A stretch of DNA of 64,000 nt from Mobula hypostoma. Lineage: Eukaryota. The first letter of the stretch is position 1; the number at the start of each line of letters is the position of its first letter. The position numbers were made by a program, and so were the translations under genes. The notes beneath the pieces were generated by a model. That model was not told the DNA's origin, ran no database searches, and worked only from the letters and a program-made list of their open reading frames with translations. Location of the stretch: the NCBI RefSeq assembly GCF_963921235.1, contig NC_086108.1, forward strand, positions 59,088,001 through 59,152,000, read 5' to 3'. Shown here piece after piece: positions 25,371 through 37,975 of this stretch.

Positions 25371-27479
25371 CCAAAGGCTGGGTGGAAATGTAGTATGTGA
25401 AGCAATTGTGCTTTGTCATCCAAGACAATAAGTAGGTAATCAATTATTGCCTATAAATGAGTAATTTGCTGTCCTTGGGTGAGAGTTGAAAATGCAGATC
25501 ACTGAAGGATGGATATATCAAAACAATTTCAATAGAAAGCCCTTCTAAAGAAAATCTGTCTCAGTTGCTTGGTTCAGAAAGATCAATTTCACTTTCAGAG
25601 GACATAGCAGTTGATGTTGAAAGAGCACAAGATATTGTGGGAATAGAATCAATGAAGAAAATAAACACCAGGGGAGGACTTAGAACTTGAAACCACTAAC
25701 AGAGTAAAATTGTCAGTATTAAATGAGACAAAGAGAACCCAGAGCAGTACTTTTATTGTGACAGCAGTTACCTTTATAAGCAGAATGTTCTGCAGAAGGA
25801 AAACTAGTAAACCACATGAAGAACTCAACTGCTTTATGACAGTCTGTTGTTCTGTAAAGCTAATGCACCAGAATTCATGCAGTAAATGTTGAAATTAACT
25901 CAAAGAGCAACAACAAACCTTATGATCTCAAGAATACATTTGTAATCTAGCACACTCATTTGATCCATGGCAAGAAGAGAATATGTGAATCAACATCATT
26001 GCATATCTCAGTGTTTTGAAAAATTGTTAACAGCCTTCAATGTTGTCCTACTCTAATTCAACAAGTTAATTTTGAAGTATTTCCTTACTCTTGCACAAAC
26101 AGTTCTGAAATGTTTCCTTTTAATCACAAATTATATTCAAAATAGAGAGTACTATCATTCTATCTTATGTGTTCTCATGTGCCTCCAGCATTTTTCTGAC
26201 ATTTAATAGAGCATCAGCTCTTTGCAGTATCGAGATCATATTTGTAATCCTACAATCTACCCCACTTGTCAGGAAGCTACAGAACAGTCTGTCAGTATTG
26301 TGATCATCAACATGGTCCCCCAAACTATGACACTAAAAGAAAATCAAAGCTGCACAAAGTAAAATGATGCACTATCTCTGTATGTGACAGCAATTCAGTT
26401 ACTAAAAAAATAATACTTTATAGAAACATATGCTTCATGATGTCCTGCTTATATGGCAAGTCTGAATGTCAACTTCAGAAATTCTCATCCCCAAAATCAC
26501 TACTGGAAGATCCTAAGGGCATTGCTTATAATGGCTGTCAAGGAAAATGTTAAAACTAAACAACAGGGAGAAGACATGATCACTGGGAACAGATAGTTTG
26601 GCTAAAAACAAAATTAACAAATGTTTACAGCAATAAACGATTATAATGACAAACCAGCAGAGAACGATACAAATTTTGAAATTGCCCAAATGTTATTGCT
26701 GGTGTTGATTTTGCAGTCAGTTCTACATCCCAATTACCTATTTGTAATTGCTGTTGACTACAACATATTGCACTGTTCTTGAAATTATCAGTTCTTCATT
26801 CAGAGAGATTACTTCATTCAGAGAGATTACCGCCTTTGTGCTTTTCAACAGTGGCAATGTTAGAAAAATTTGCTAACTACCTAGGTGTCACAGACCCCAA
26901 AGTTACATCTCACTGACCATACAGCAATAGTCAAGGGAAGCAGAAATAACTTTGTAAACATTAAAGAAAGTTATCTGTGTTGCTTCTGTTGAAGGAAATT
27001 TATGGAGGCAATCATTTTTAACAAGGAACAGCGCTGCATTCAGCATAGGAACACCAGCAGCTATCTTCAATGCTGCTTAAACAATGCACATGAGAGCATG
27101 GCAGAATGAAAGAAAAAACATAAAATCAAATACAACAAAACACATGAAATTCAGTTTCGCATCCTTACAGCCTGGGGAGACACTTGTGACCGACAATAAT
27201 TACATAGAGCAATGAACCAACTTCATATGACATGCAATCATTTGAAATGACCACCACTGAGGCATGCATAATTGAGAAATTCCTGTTTCATAGAGAATCA
27301 CATAAAATACATTATTTTACAAAGTGTCCTTCATAACATAACATAGATGGCAGGTCCAAAATTGATGATCTCAATACTCAATAAAGACGGCAGTCTGAGC
27401 TGAGGCAATGCAGTCACGTCCGTGAGTAGAAGTGCCTCTCAGTCCCAAAACATGCCGTAAAAATAACACAATTGCATCT

Positions 27480-28306
27480 CCAGGATGTGTGCTCAGCTTA
27501 CTGCTCTACTCTCCCTATTCTCATGGCTAAATATTATCCAATGACACTATTGTTGTTGGTGGCAGTAAAAAGTTGTACAGGAGTGAGGTAGATGGGCTGC
27601 TTGAGTGGTACCACAACAACAACATCACAGTCAATGTCAGCAAGACCATTGTGGACTTCAGAAAGGAGAAGCCAAGAGAACACATACTAATCCTTAATGG
27701 AAACAGTGAACAGTTTCAAATTCCTGGGTATCAACCACTCAGAGGGTCTATTGTTGGCCCAATACAATGAAGCACTCATGAAGAAGGCACACTTTTGACT
27801 CTATTTTGTTAGGAATTTGAAGAGATTCAGTCTGACACCAAAGACCGTGCAAATTGATGTACCACGGAGAGCACTTGACTGGTTGCATCACACACTGGTC
27901 TGGAAGCTCAACATACAGGACTGGAAGAGGCTGCAGAGTGTTACAGATTCAACCAGTTCTATCATAGGCACAGCCATCCTCACCATCAAGGGCATCTTCA
28001 AGAGGCTAAGCGTCACGAAGATGGGATCCATCACTAAGGATCCTCATCACCCAGGGCATGCCCTCTTTTTATAGGTACCATCAGAAAGGATGTACAGGAG
28101 CCTGAAGACTCACACTAAATGTTTCCGTCATGCCTTCTTCCTTTCTGCCATCAGATTTCTGAATGGTCCATAAAACTCATGCACACTGGCTCTCTATTCA
28201 TTTTCATTGTGCTATTTATTTATTTCTTAAACTGTACGGCTGTCACAAAACAACAAATTTCACAGCGTACTGTAAGTTAGTGATAATAAATGGAATTCTG
28301 ATTCTG
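27480..28306 (+). mobile_element. Decayed Rex1/Babar-type LINE 3' portion
   Basis: QGCVLS remnant, YRSEVDGLLEWY.NNN..VNVSKT.VDFRK, ITKDPHHPGHALF; tail aataaa...attctgattctga. Confidence 0.7.
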
Positions 28307-28765
28307 AAACAAAGGCTATGAAAATTGAAACTGTCCTTTTAATTGATAAGGGGAGGGATATAGTGTGATTTACTTACATTATTGTTCTGTTATATTCATG
28401 CATTTTCTTTTTAGGAACACCATGCATATTTCTTCTTGAAGTATAGACAGGCTGATTTTAGATCTGACAGTGTTTACCTCCTTTACATAATCCAATTTCA
28501 ATAAAGATATGTGGTTTTAACATTGGGGTTGAGGGATCTGCAGATTTAACTCTGCTTCATTAGTGTTTCTGATGTTTAATACAGAGGATACCTAACAAAT
28601 GCACAACTGCATTTCTTTCTTTAGTGTTCAATCTTACATGCTCAGGCCACTCCAGAGAAGTGATCTTCCATAGTATCTGTGAAACTTGGCTCTGAATAGA
28701 TTCTCAATTGGTCCCAGGGCAGTGTTGAGAAACCTACTGGGTAGGCGCCCTCCAATGTAGACACT

Positions 28766-30592
28766 TAAGAACATAAGAAATAGGAGCAGGAGTAGGCCAT
28801 CCGGCCCATCGAGCCTGCCCCACCATTCAATAAGATCATGGCTGATCTGTCTGTAAACTCAGCTCCATCTACCTGACTTTTCCCCAAAATCCTTAATTCC
28901 CCTACTATGTAAAAATCTATCTAACTGTATCTTAAATATATTTAGTGAAGAAGCCTCAGCTGCTTCCCTGGGCAGGGAATTCCACAGATTCACCACTCTC
29001 TTGGAAAAACAGTTTCTCCATCTCCATCCTAAATCTTCTCCCCTGAATCTTGAGGCAATGTCCCCTAGTTCTAGTCTCACCTACCAATGGAAACAACTTT
29101 CCTACTTCCATCTTATTTATCCTTTTCAAAATTTTGTATGTTTCTATGAGGTCCCCTCTCATTCTTCTGAATTCCAGACAGTATAGTCCCAGGTGACTCA
29201 ATCACTCCTCATAGGTTAACCACTTCTTTGGAATCAACCTGATGAACCTCCTCTGCACTGCCTCCAAAGCCAGTATATCTTTCCTCAAGTCTGGAGAACA
29301 GAACAGCACACGGTACTCCAAGTGTGGCCTCACCAGTACCCTGTATAGTTGCAGCATGACCTCCTTGCTCTTGACTTCAATCCCTCTAGCAATGAAGGCC
29401 AACATTCCGTTTGCCTTCTCAATAACCTGTTATACCTGCAAGCCAACTTTTTGCGATTCATGAACAAGCACTCTCAAGTCCCTCTGCACAACAGCACACT
29501 GCAATCTTTCACCATTTAAATAATAATCTGCTCTTCTATTATTCCTTCCAAAGTGGATGATCTCACATTTACCAACATTGTATTCCATCTGCCAGACCTT
29601 GGCCCACTCACTTAACCTATCTATATCCCTCTGCAGACTCTCCACATCCTCTGTACAATTTGATTTTCCAGTTTAGTGTCATCAGCAAATTTTGCTACAC
29701 TACACTCAGTCCCCTCTTCCAAATCATCAATGTAAATGGTAAACAGCTGCGGGCCCAACACCCACCCCTGTGGCACCCCACTCACCACTGACTGCCAACC
29801 AGAGAAACACCCATTTATACCAACCCTCTGCCTTCTATTGGTTAACTAATCCACTATCCATGCCAATACACTTCCTCCAATTCTATGCATCCGTATCTTA
29901 TTTATAGGTCTCTTGTGCGGCACATTATCAAACGCCTCTGGAAAGCCAAGTATACGACATCCACCTGTTCCCCTCTATCCGCTGCACTCATTATGTCCTC
30001 AAAGAACTCCAGTAAGCTTGTCAAGCAGGACTTGCCCTTTCTGAATCCATGCTGCATCTGTCTAATGGAACCACTCCTTTGTAATTGTTTCACTATTTCT
30101 TCCTTAATGACAACTTCAAGCATTTCCCGACTACAGATGTTAAGCTAACTGGCCTGTAGTTACCCATCTTTTGCCTACATCCTTTTTAAAAAGTGGCGTG
30201 ACATTTGCTGTCTTCCAGTCTGCTGGGACCTGCCCAGGGTCTAGAGAGTTTTGGTAAGAGATTACCAACACGTCTACTATAACCTCCGCCAATTCCCTCA
30301 GCACCCTGGGATGCATCCCATCAGGACCAGCAGACTTATCTATGTTCAGGCCCTCTAGTTTGCTCATCACTATCTCTTTAGTGGCAGCGATTTTATCAAG
30401 GTCCTCACCTCCCATTTCATCCATAACATCATTCTTTGGCTTAATAGGCGTGTCCTCCACCGTGAAGACCGACACAAAATAGTTGTTCAATGCCTCAGCC
30501 ATTTCCTTATCACCCAATATCAATTTCCCCTTTTCATCTTCCAAGGGACCTACGTTGACTTTAGCCACCCTCTTCCGCTTTATACATTTATA
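28766..30592 (-). mobile_element. CR1 LINE, 5'-truncated, frameshifted ORF2
   Basis: ORFs 30140-30600, 29902-30123, 29430-29645, 29202-29405 and 28859-29201 (GPDGMHPRVL, QHGF.KGKSCLT, RPHLEY); tail (TTCTTATG)n at ~28766. Confidence 0.9.
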
Positions 30593-31219
30593 AAAAACTG
30601 TTTCTCCTTTGGACTTACTCCTGCAACTGAACCACCCACTTAAACAAACCAATCTGCAGACTTTAAGCATGCCACAGCTGATCACTAAACACCTAATCTG
30701 GCTCAACCAGTAACTGCATTCTCTGATCACTCCTAATCTAGTCCCAAATGACCAAGGGAAACATACTGACAACCTATCAACTTGAATCAACATAAAAAAC
30801 CTTAACATACCACCAACCACCAACCTAAGTACTGATCTGAACATCCAGGATCTCTTTTTTGTAGCTGTCCTTTATCCCATACTGTTGTTTCCAAACCCTG
30901 GACCTATTCAATTTCAAAAACAAAGGCCTTAAATAAGAAATAAAGTTCAGCCCATAAGTGGACACAATAAGTGGGTGCAAAAGGACAAAGTCATTGTGAT
31001 TCTGGAATTAGTCCTTAAACAGTGACAAAGCAATTCATTTAGAAAGTGCCATCCATTTTCCTTCTTTCTGCTGTGTTCGCTGATATTTAAACTCTTCATT
31101 GCTGTTTCTTCAATGCAAGTAACCCTTTATCAGCAAGCTTCATGAATCAAAATTTTGTAATTTGAATTATGCTAATTTCATGGCTCCACTACTCATACAA
31201 TAAGCTGATTTGCTAGGAT

Positions 31220-31743
31220 GCATTCTGACTGGCCGCTTCACAGGCTGGCATGCACAGGAAATCAAGAGGCCACAGAGTGATGGACTCAGCTACTTCCATG
31301 ATGGACACACCTCTCCCCACCATTGAGGATATCTATAGGAGGCAATATCTCAGGAAGACAACATCTGTTATTCAGGCCACACCCTCTTCTCATTGTTTCA
31401 TCTTGTAGCAATGAGAAGAGGGAATCAAATGAGAAGTAAATCAAAACTCATATATATAGGTTCAACAACAGCTTCTTTCCCACAGCCATCAGGTTCCTGA
31501 ATCAACATATAAAAAACCTTAATGCTACCTTGGACTGCATTCATTTTTTCTCTCCCAAAACCTGCACTAATGCCATTATATTTCTTCTATTGTGGTGTTT
31601 AAGTTATGTAAAATTTATGTCAATATAAGTTTATGGTAATTTATGCTAATCATTTTTGTTCTCTATTGTGCTGCTGCAAAAAGCTATTTTTCATGGCATT
31701 TATACCGTGGGTATACATGTGATGACAATAAATTTGAACTTGA
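31220..31743 (+). mobile_element. Old Rex1/Babar-type LINE tail
   Basis: Similar to 27880-28306; ends gacaataaatttgaacttgaa. Confidence 0.5.
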
Positions 31744-33318
31744 AGATGCTAATATAGTATCCTTTAACGCAACAGCAATTTGTGGATGCTGCTTGATATG
31801 CTGAACATTTCCAGCAATTTGTTTTTGTTTCAGATTTCCAGCACATGCAGCTTTTTGCTCCAGTCATATTGCTGTTATGTGCTTTGCAGCTTTCTTGATG
31901 AATCAAACTATTGATTTTCTTGGTATTATTAATCACGTTTAGGTACAATGATACCCTTCTTGTATTTAATTTGGAACATGCCTCTAAAGTCATCCATTGT
32001 TCATTGCTGGTATATTAGATCTTCTTACACCCCAATTATTCTTCATTAGCTGATAATATAATGTAATTTACTGTGCAACAGAATAAGATGACTATTTGTT
32101 GTTAAATGTTATTAAGGAGTATTTTGTGAATAATCTTCATATGTAAATCAAGATAAGTTGGTCTCATTATCTAGTTCTTTTTTTTTCCACATTTGCTGTT
32201 TGTACTTGCAAGTCAAAAGGGAGTTCTGTTTCTGTACCAGTCCCACTATGATATTTCCTAACTTAGCACCTATTTTATTTTCATTATACAGTACGGGAGG
32301 CATGGATTGCAATCTGAATAACATTCTATCAACTCAGTAGTAGCTCATGTTATATTTTCATTTAAATCACTTTGATCTTTTCTGGGACATCACATAATTT
32401 TATAGCTGCTTTTGATGGAAATCTATTAGACAGATTTAAAGAAAAGTTAAAGAAATTTATACCACTATCTCTTTACTTTTAGATGTAAATAGCCTTTTGC
32501 TAACAATAAACTTCAAGACTTGAGTTATGTTGAACAAAGAACATCATCATGAAATAGTATTTCAATGTCAGCATCCAAACAGCAGGGACTCTCTGAAATG
32601 CGTCAATGCACTCCTACATACTGAGCCTAACAAATATCCTTGTGTATCACCAATAACAACTTACATTTACATTGTACCTTCAACAGAGATGAAGGTACAA
32701 TTTTCCAAAATGCTTTATGGAGGCACTCAAGTCTGAATTCCAAACGAAAGCTGGGTGGATGTGTTAGGAGAGGAAATCTAGCATTCAATCAAAGAAGCTG
32801 GTATAAAGAAATTCCTAGAAGAGGTGAGAGGCAGGAGTATTTAATGTTTTTTTAAGCCTGAAGACCAGGCACACTTGCTGAAGAAGGAACAAGGTATTAC
32901 TAGATGGAATACAGTATCACAAACAAATGCTGAGGGGGCTTAAGTATACATAAGCTAGAAGCTAGAAGATCATCAATGACAGAAATAAATTAATTTGGTC
33001 TGGAAATGACAGAACATTTCTGAGTGAACTTCTGAAGCAAACTGACCAGGAAGGAGAGTAGTAGATGTAAACTGCCTTTATGGTGGGGGGAATATATGAT
33101 TGGAATCATAACTCAAGTTCAAGTAGGACATTGAATCCCCAAGTTCAGCTTGAGATAGTGGGTACCTAAGATGACTAAACTATCAGCCAAGATTTGAGTC
33201 CAGTGAAAGAGGGTGAATAGAATGACTTTTTTCCTTTCACAGCTTTACAAGAAGTGTGCCTTGCTTTGTAGAGTTATTTTCTTTCATTTTAAAGCTAAAA
33301 TAACTCCAATTAGCAAAA

Positions 33319-33510
33319 GGCCAGGCAGCATCTCTAGGAAGAAGTACAGTCGACGTTTCAGGCCGAGACCCTTCGTCAGGACTGATGAAGGGTCTCGGCC
33401 CAAAACGTCGACTGTATCTCTTCCTAGAAATGCTGCCTGGCCTGGTGAGTTCACCAGCAACTTTGATGTGTGTTGCTTGAATTTCCAGCATCTGCAGAAT
33501 TCCTCATGTT
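33319..33510 (+). mobile_element. Young palindromic miniature PLE with back-to-back hammerhead motifs
   Basis: 61-bp inverted arms 33319-33379 and 33382-33442 with a 2-nt spacer, then a tail to 33510; perfect 14-bp TSD TCCAATTAGCAAAA at 33305-33318 and 33511-33524. Confidence 0.92.
33347..33384 (-). ncRNA. Minimal type-I hammerhead ribozyme motif, intact, on the NEGR1 sense strand
   Basis: CAGUC-CUGACGA-AGGGUCUCGGCCU-GAAA-CG-UC^GACUG: 5-bp stem I, complete core, palindromic ACGU in place of stem III; predicted cut between 33352 and 33351. Confidence 0.75.
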
Positions 33511-35849
33511 TCCAATTAGCAAAAACATATTTTTGTTGTCAGCTAAATTGTATTGTTTCCAGGCCAGGATTAACCTTTCACCAAAGTCCTAATCAATCCA
33601 ATATTTTACAAGTAAGATTCCTCCACTTAAATGGCATACATATATTGGTGAATGAACTCTAAGCTTGTCACCATTGGCTGTTTCAATTGCAACAACAATT
33701 TCAATTTATATAGTACCTTTAACATAGCAAAAATAATTTGAAGAAACTAAAAGGTGTATTATATAAAAAAGGAAAAAAAAAGATGCTGAGCATGCAAGGA
33801 AATGTCAGGATAGATGATCAAATATTAGCGATATTGAGAAGCTTTTAAGGAGGAGACATGGTTAGAAAGACAGAAGAGTTTTAGAAAGAAATTCCAGGGT
33901 TTAGAATTTGACAGCTAAAGACACAATTGTGAATGATTTGACTTAGAAACGTGCAGAAATCTAGAATTGGAATAGTAGGAATATCTTGGAGGAAGATATC
34001 TAAGGCTGAAGGAGATTACAAACAATGGGAGGAGTTTGAGAATGTAGATGATAATTTTAAGATTAAGGTGTTAGTTGAGAGTCAGCAAGCATAGAGGCAA
34101 TGGTTGAAAGGGCAGATTGGGAAATGGACAATGTACGTGTTATTGAGGAAAAGGTGGTGCAGAATGAGGTAGGCTGATCAGACATGTATTTAAACAGACG
34201 AGCCTTGATGTATCAAAAGCATGGATGAGGGTTCCAACCCCTGAAATGCTGAGCCAAGGTTGGTTTTAGAACTGGAGTGAATAAACAGTTGCAGTTTAAG
34301 AACTTAAGCTAACTGCTGAATAGGAAATGAAAATTATGGAGTTAACTTAGACAAAGACTTCAACCTTTCCAATATTTATATCAGCAGTTTGATAAGTTCC
34401 AATGGAGACAAGACAGGTGAGTATTAGGTAAAACCAGATGTTGTTAGCATACAAGCACAAAGTATTGTTTTGCTTTGAGATTATGTGGCATAGCAGAGAG
34501 ATGACAATTAGGAGGCACTGGTAGACAACAACTAAATAATAGTATGTAGACTTTAGTTAACATGGAAGAGACAGGACAAAATCTGAATCAGCTTTATTCT
34601 CATTTGCTGTTTTGCAGTAGCAGTACGGTTGAAGACACAAAATTTACTATAATTTACAGCAGTAAATTATAAATAGTGCAAATAGAGGAATAAAAAGGTA
34701 GTGTTCATAAATACATGGATCAGTCAGAAATCTGATAGCAGAGGGGTAGAAGCAGTTCTTAAAAAACTAAGTGTAGGACTCCAGGCTACAAGGAGGGGTA
34801 GATTATCTTTCTCAATCACAATCAGGATGCCATTTGTGACTTTTATCATAGTTCTTTTGGTCCTTTTACTTGAAACATGATTGGAGAGACCCAGACAAAG
34901 GATTTCAAACATGTGAATAGAAGACTAAGCACATTCAAGTACTGTGGAGAGTAAGAGGTGATAATTCAAAGGAATGGAAGAACTAACTACCTCTTTTGAG
35001 TACAGGGGTTCTTATAGCAGATTGGACTGAAATAGGGGGGGATCTGAGGAGGGATAATCAATCAATTACAGCAGCCAACAATCTTAATAGCATTCATCCA
35101 GACCAAGAAAACTTCAAAGTTCTTTGGGAAAAGAGGCATAATTCATAATGATAGGTAAAATATATTTCTTAAGTTTCATCTCAAGGCAGAATCTGGACAT
35201 TTGGAACTGAGAATTATAGCAAATAGGTTTGCCTGTGGTGGACTATTATAAACATTTATAGAATTTTATCCATCATTGAAGTAGTAGACATTTGGGCAGT
35301 GAGTACTTTCAATGCTTGATCATACTGAAGCATGGGGGAATATAAAGTGAGAGTATATAACACGAATGCAAAAAATATTCAAATAGCTTTCATAAAAAAT
35401 ACAAATCATTCTAAATGTATGGCAGATATTCATATAGAAACCAACCCAGTCACTATAGTGTTATGAATCCCACCATAATGGGCACAAAGACCACAGCATT
35501 GCAAAACATGACCTGGATGCACCTAAGGAACATGGAACCTAGGCACCAGTCTTAATGAAGTTTGAGTATCTACTATCTGTGATACTTTGCTCTTCATAGA
35601 AATCTGGGAGAACAAGAAACTCAGATAAGGTACACTTGACAAATAACTTTTTTTCTCAATGTTTTACTATAAAAATCTAGATTTGCACTCCAGAGTATGG
35701 AGGAAGTGCTTTATCATTGAAGGTTACATCCTTCTGACAAGACTTTATACTGAAGCTTTGTGTGCTTTCTCAGATAGATGTAAAAGAGTCCAGTACACTA
35801 CCTCAAAGGAAAACGAGGAAATTATCCCCCCGAACATTTTGACACAGTC

Positions 35850-36130
35850 AGACAGCTGATGGAGCTGCTGCCTCAGACCTACAGTGACCTGGTTCAAACG
35901 TGAACCCTAGTGCTATCTGTAAGGGCTCTGTACATCCTAAAAATGTGAGGGTCGTGAGGTAATTAACCACTAAGAAATGCCCTTGCTGCATAAGTGAGTA
36001 ATAGAATATAGAGAGAGTTGATGGGAATGTGGGAAGAATAAACTAATATTAGTATAGGATTAGTGTAAACAGGCAATAAATTATTGGTATGAGTTCAGTG
36101 GGTTGTATGTTTCTGTGCAGTATGATTCTA
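35850..36130 (+). mobile_element. Old tRNA-derived SINE
   Basis: ggagctgctgcctcag...gacctGGTTCAAAcg B-box-like head and a CR1-like tail (...tatgattctatt). Confidence 0.5.
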
Positions 36131-36812
36131 TTCTTCTATCAATATTCCCAAAGCAGATTACTTTGTTGGTTTTGTCACGTTTCCCAACCATCGGGCTCTT
36201 GAACCATAGGGGATAACTTCACTTAACGAAACACTGAACTGTTCCCTCAAGCTATGGACTCACTTTCAAGGACTCTTCATCTCATGTTCTTGATGTTATT
36301 TATTTGCTTGTTTATTAGTTTCTTTATTTGTTTGTTTATTTATTTTTGCATTTGCACAGTTTGTCATCTTTTACAAAGATTGGTTGTTTGTCCATCTCAT
36401 TGTGTGCAGTTTTTCAATGATTCTATTGTGTTTCTTTGCATTTACTGTGAATGCCCACCAAAAATGGTGTTGACATACAGTGCCTATAAAACGTATGCAC
36501 CAACACCAGCCCCCAGATCACCAGAAAAAGACTCTTTCATGTCAAAGTGAAAACAGATCCCTACAAAGTGATCTAAATTAACTGCAAATATAAAACACAA
36601 AATAATTGATTGCGTAAGTATTCACCCCGTCCCCCTTTAGTATGACACACTAAATCATCACTGGTGTAGGGAATTGGTTTTAGAAGTCACATAATTAGTT
36701 AAATGGAGATCACCTGTGTGCAGTCAAGGTGTTTCAATTGATTGTAGTAAAATACACCTGTGTCTGGAAGGTCCAACTACTGGTGAGTCAGTATTCTGGC
36801 AAAAACTACACC

Positions 36813-37828
36813 ATGAAGGCAAATGAACAGTCCAAACAACTACATAAAAAGATTATTGAAGAACACAATTCAGGAGATGGATACAAGAGATTTTGCAAGT
36901 CACTGAATATCCCTTGGAGTAGAGTTAAGTCAATCATCAAGAAATGGAAAGAATATGGCACAGCTGTAAATCTGTCTAGGGCAGGTCATCCTCAAAAATG
37001 GAGAGACCGTGCAAGAAGGGGATTAGTGACAGAGGCCACCAAAAGGTCTATGACAACTCTGGAAGAATTTCAAACTTCAGTGACTGTGATGGGGAAGACT
37101 GTGCAGACAACAACTGTTGCCCAGGTGTTTCAACAGTTGCAGCTTTATGGGAGATTGGCAAAAAGAAAGCCACTGTTGCAAAAAACTCACATGAAATTTC
37201 AGATAGAGTTTGTCAAAAGGCACATGGGAGACTCTGAAGTCAGTGGAAAAAGGTTCTATGGTCTGATGAAACCAAAATTGAGCTTTTTGGCCATCAGACT
37301 GAATGCTATGTTTGGCATAAACCAAACACTGCACATCATCAAAAACACACCATCCCTACCATGAATCATGGTGGTGGCTGCATCATGCTGTGGGGATGCT
37401 TCACTGCAGCAGGCTCTGGAAGGCTTGTGAAGATAGAGGGTAAAATGAATGCAGCAAAATGTGGGGAAATCCTGGAAGAAAACCTGATACAATCTGCAAG
37501 AGAACAACTTGGGAGAAGATTTGTCTTCCAGCAAGACAATGACCCCAAGCATAAAGCTAAAGCTACACAGGAATGGCTTAAAAACAACGAAGTTAATACC
37601 CTAGAGTGGCCAATTCAGAGTCCAGCCCTCAATCCAATTGAGAATTTGTTGCTGGACTTGAAAAGGGCTGTTCACTCACAATCCCCATGCAACCTGACAG
37701 AGCTTGAGCAGTTTTGTAAAGAAGAATGCAGAAAAATTGCAGTGTCCAGATGTTCAAAGCTGATAGAGACCTATCTACACGGACTCAGGGCTGTAACTGC
37801 TGCCAAAGGTGCATCTACTAAATACTGA
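36813..37828 (+). pseudogene. Tc1 DD34E transposase with a single frameshift near 37243
   Basis: HTH region (GYKRFCKSLNIPWSRVKSIIKKW), then WKKVLWSDETK in the shifted frame, QQDNDPKH and SPALNPIEN with 34 residues between D and E. Confidence 0.9.
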
Positions 37829-37975
37829 CTTTAAAGGGGTGAATACTTATGCAATCAATTATTTTGTGTTTTAAATTTGTAATTAATTTAGATCACTTTG
37901 TAAAGATCTGTTTTCACTTTGACATGAAAGAGACTTTTTCAGTGTCAAAAAAGCAAAATTAAATCCCCTGTGATT

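Noticed and set aside
26794..26829. 18-bp tandem duplication CTTCATTCAGAGAGATTA x2
   Set aside because: Simple slippage-type duplication with no further structure.
30140..30844. 234-aa ORF as a novel fusion protein
   Set aside because: The C-terminal part is frameshifted CR1 ORF2 and the N-terminal part is a chance open frame with no motif.
33382..33415. Plus-strand hammerhead in the 33.3-kb palindrome
   Set aside because: Core GAAA is mutated to AAAA and the 5' strand of stem I is disrupted; predicted inactive.
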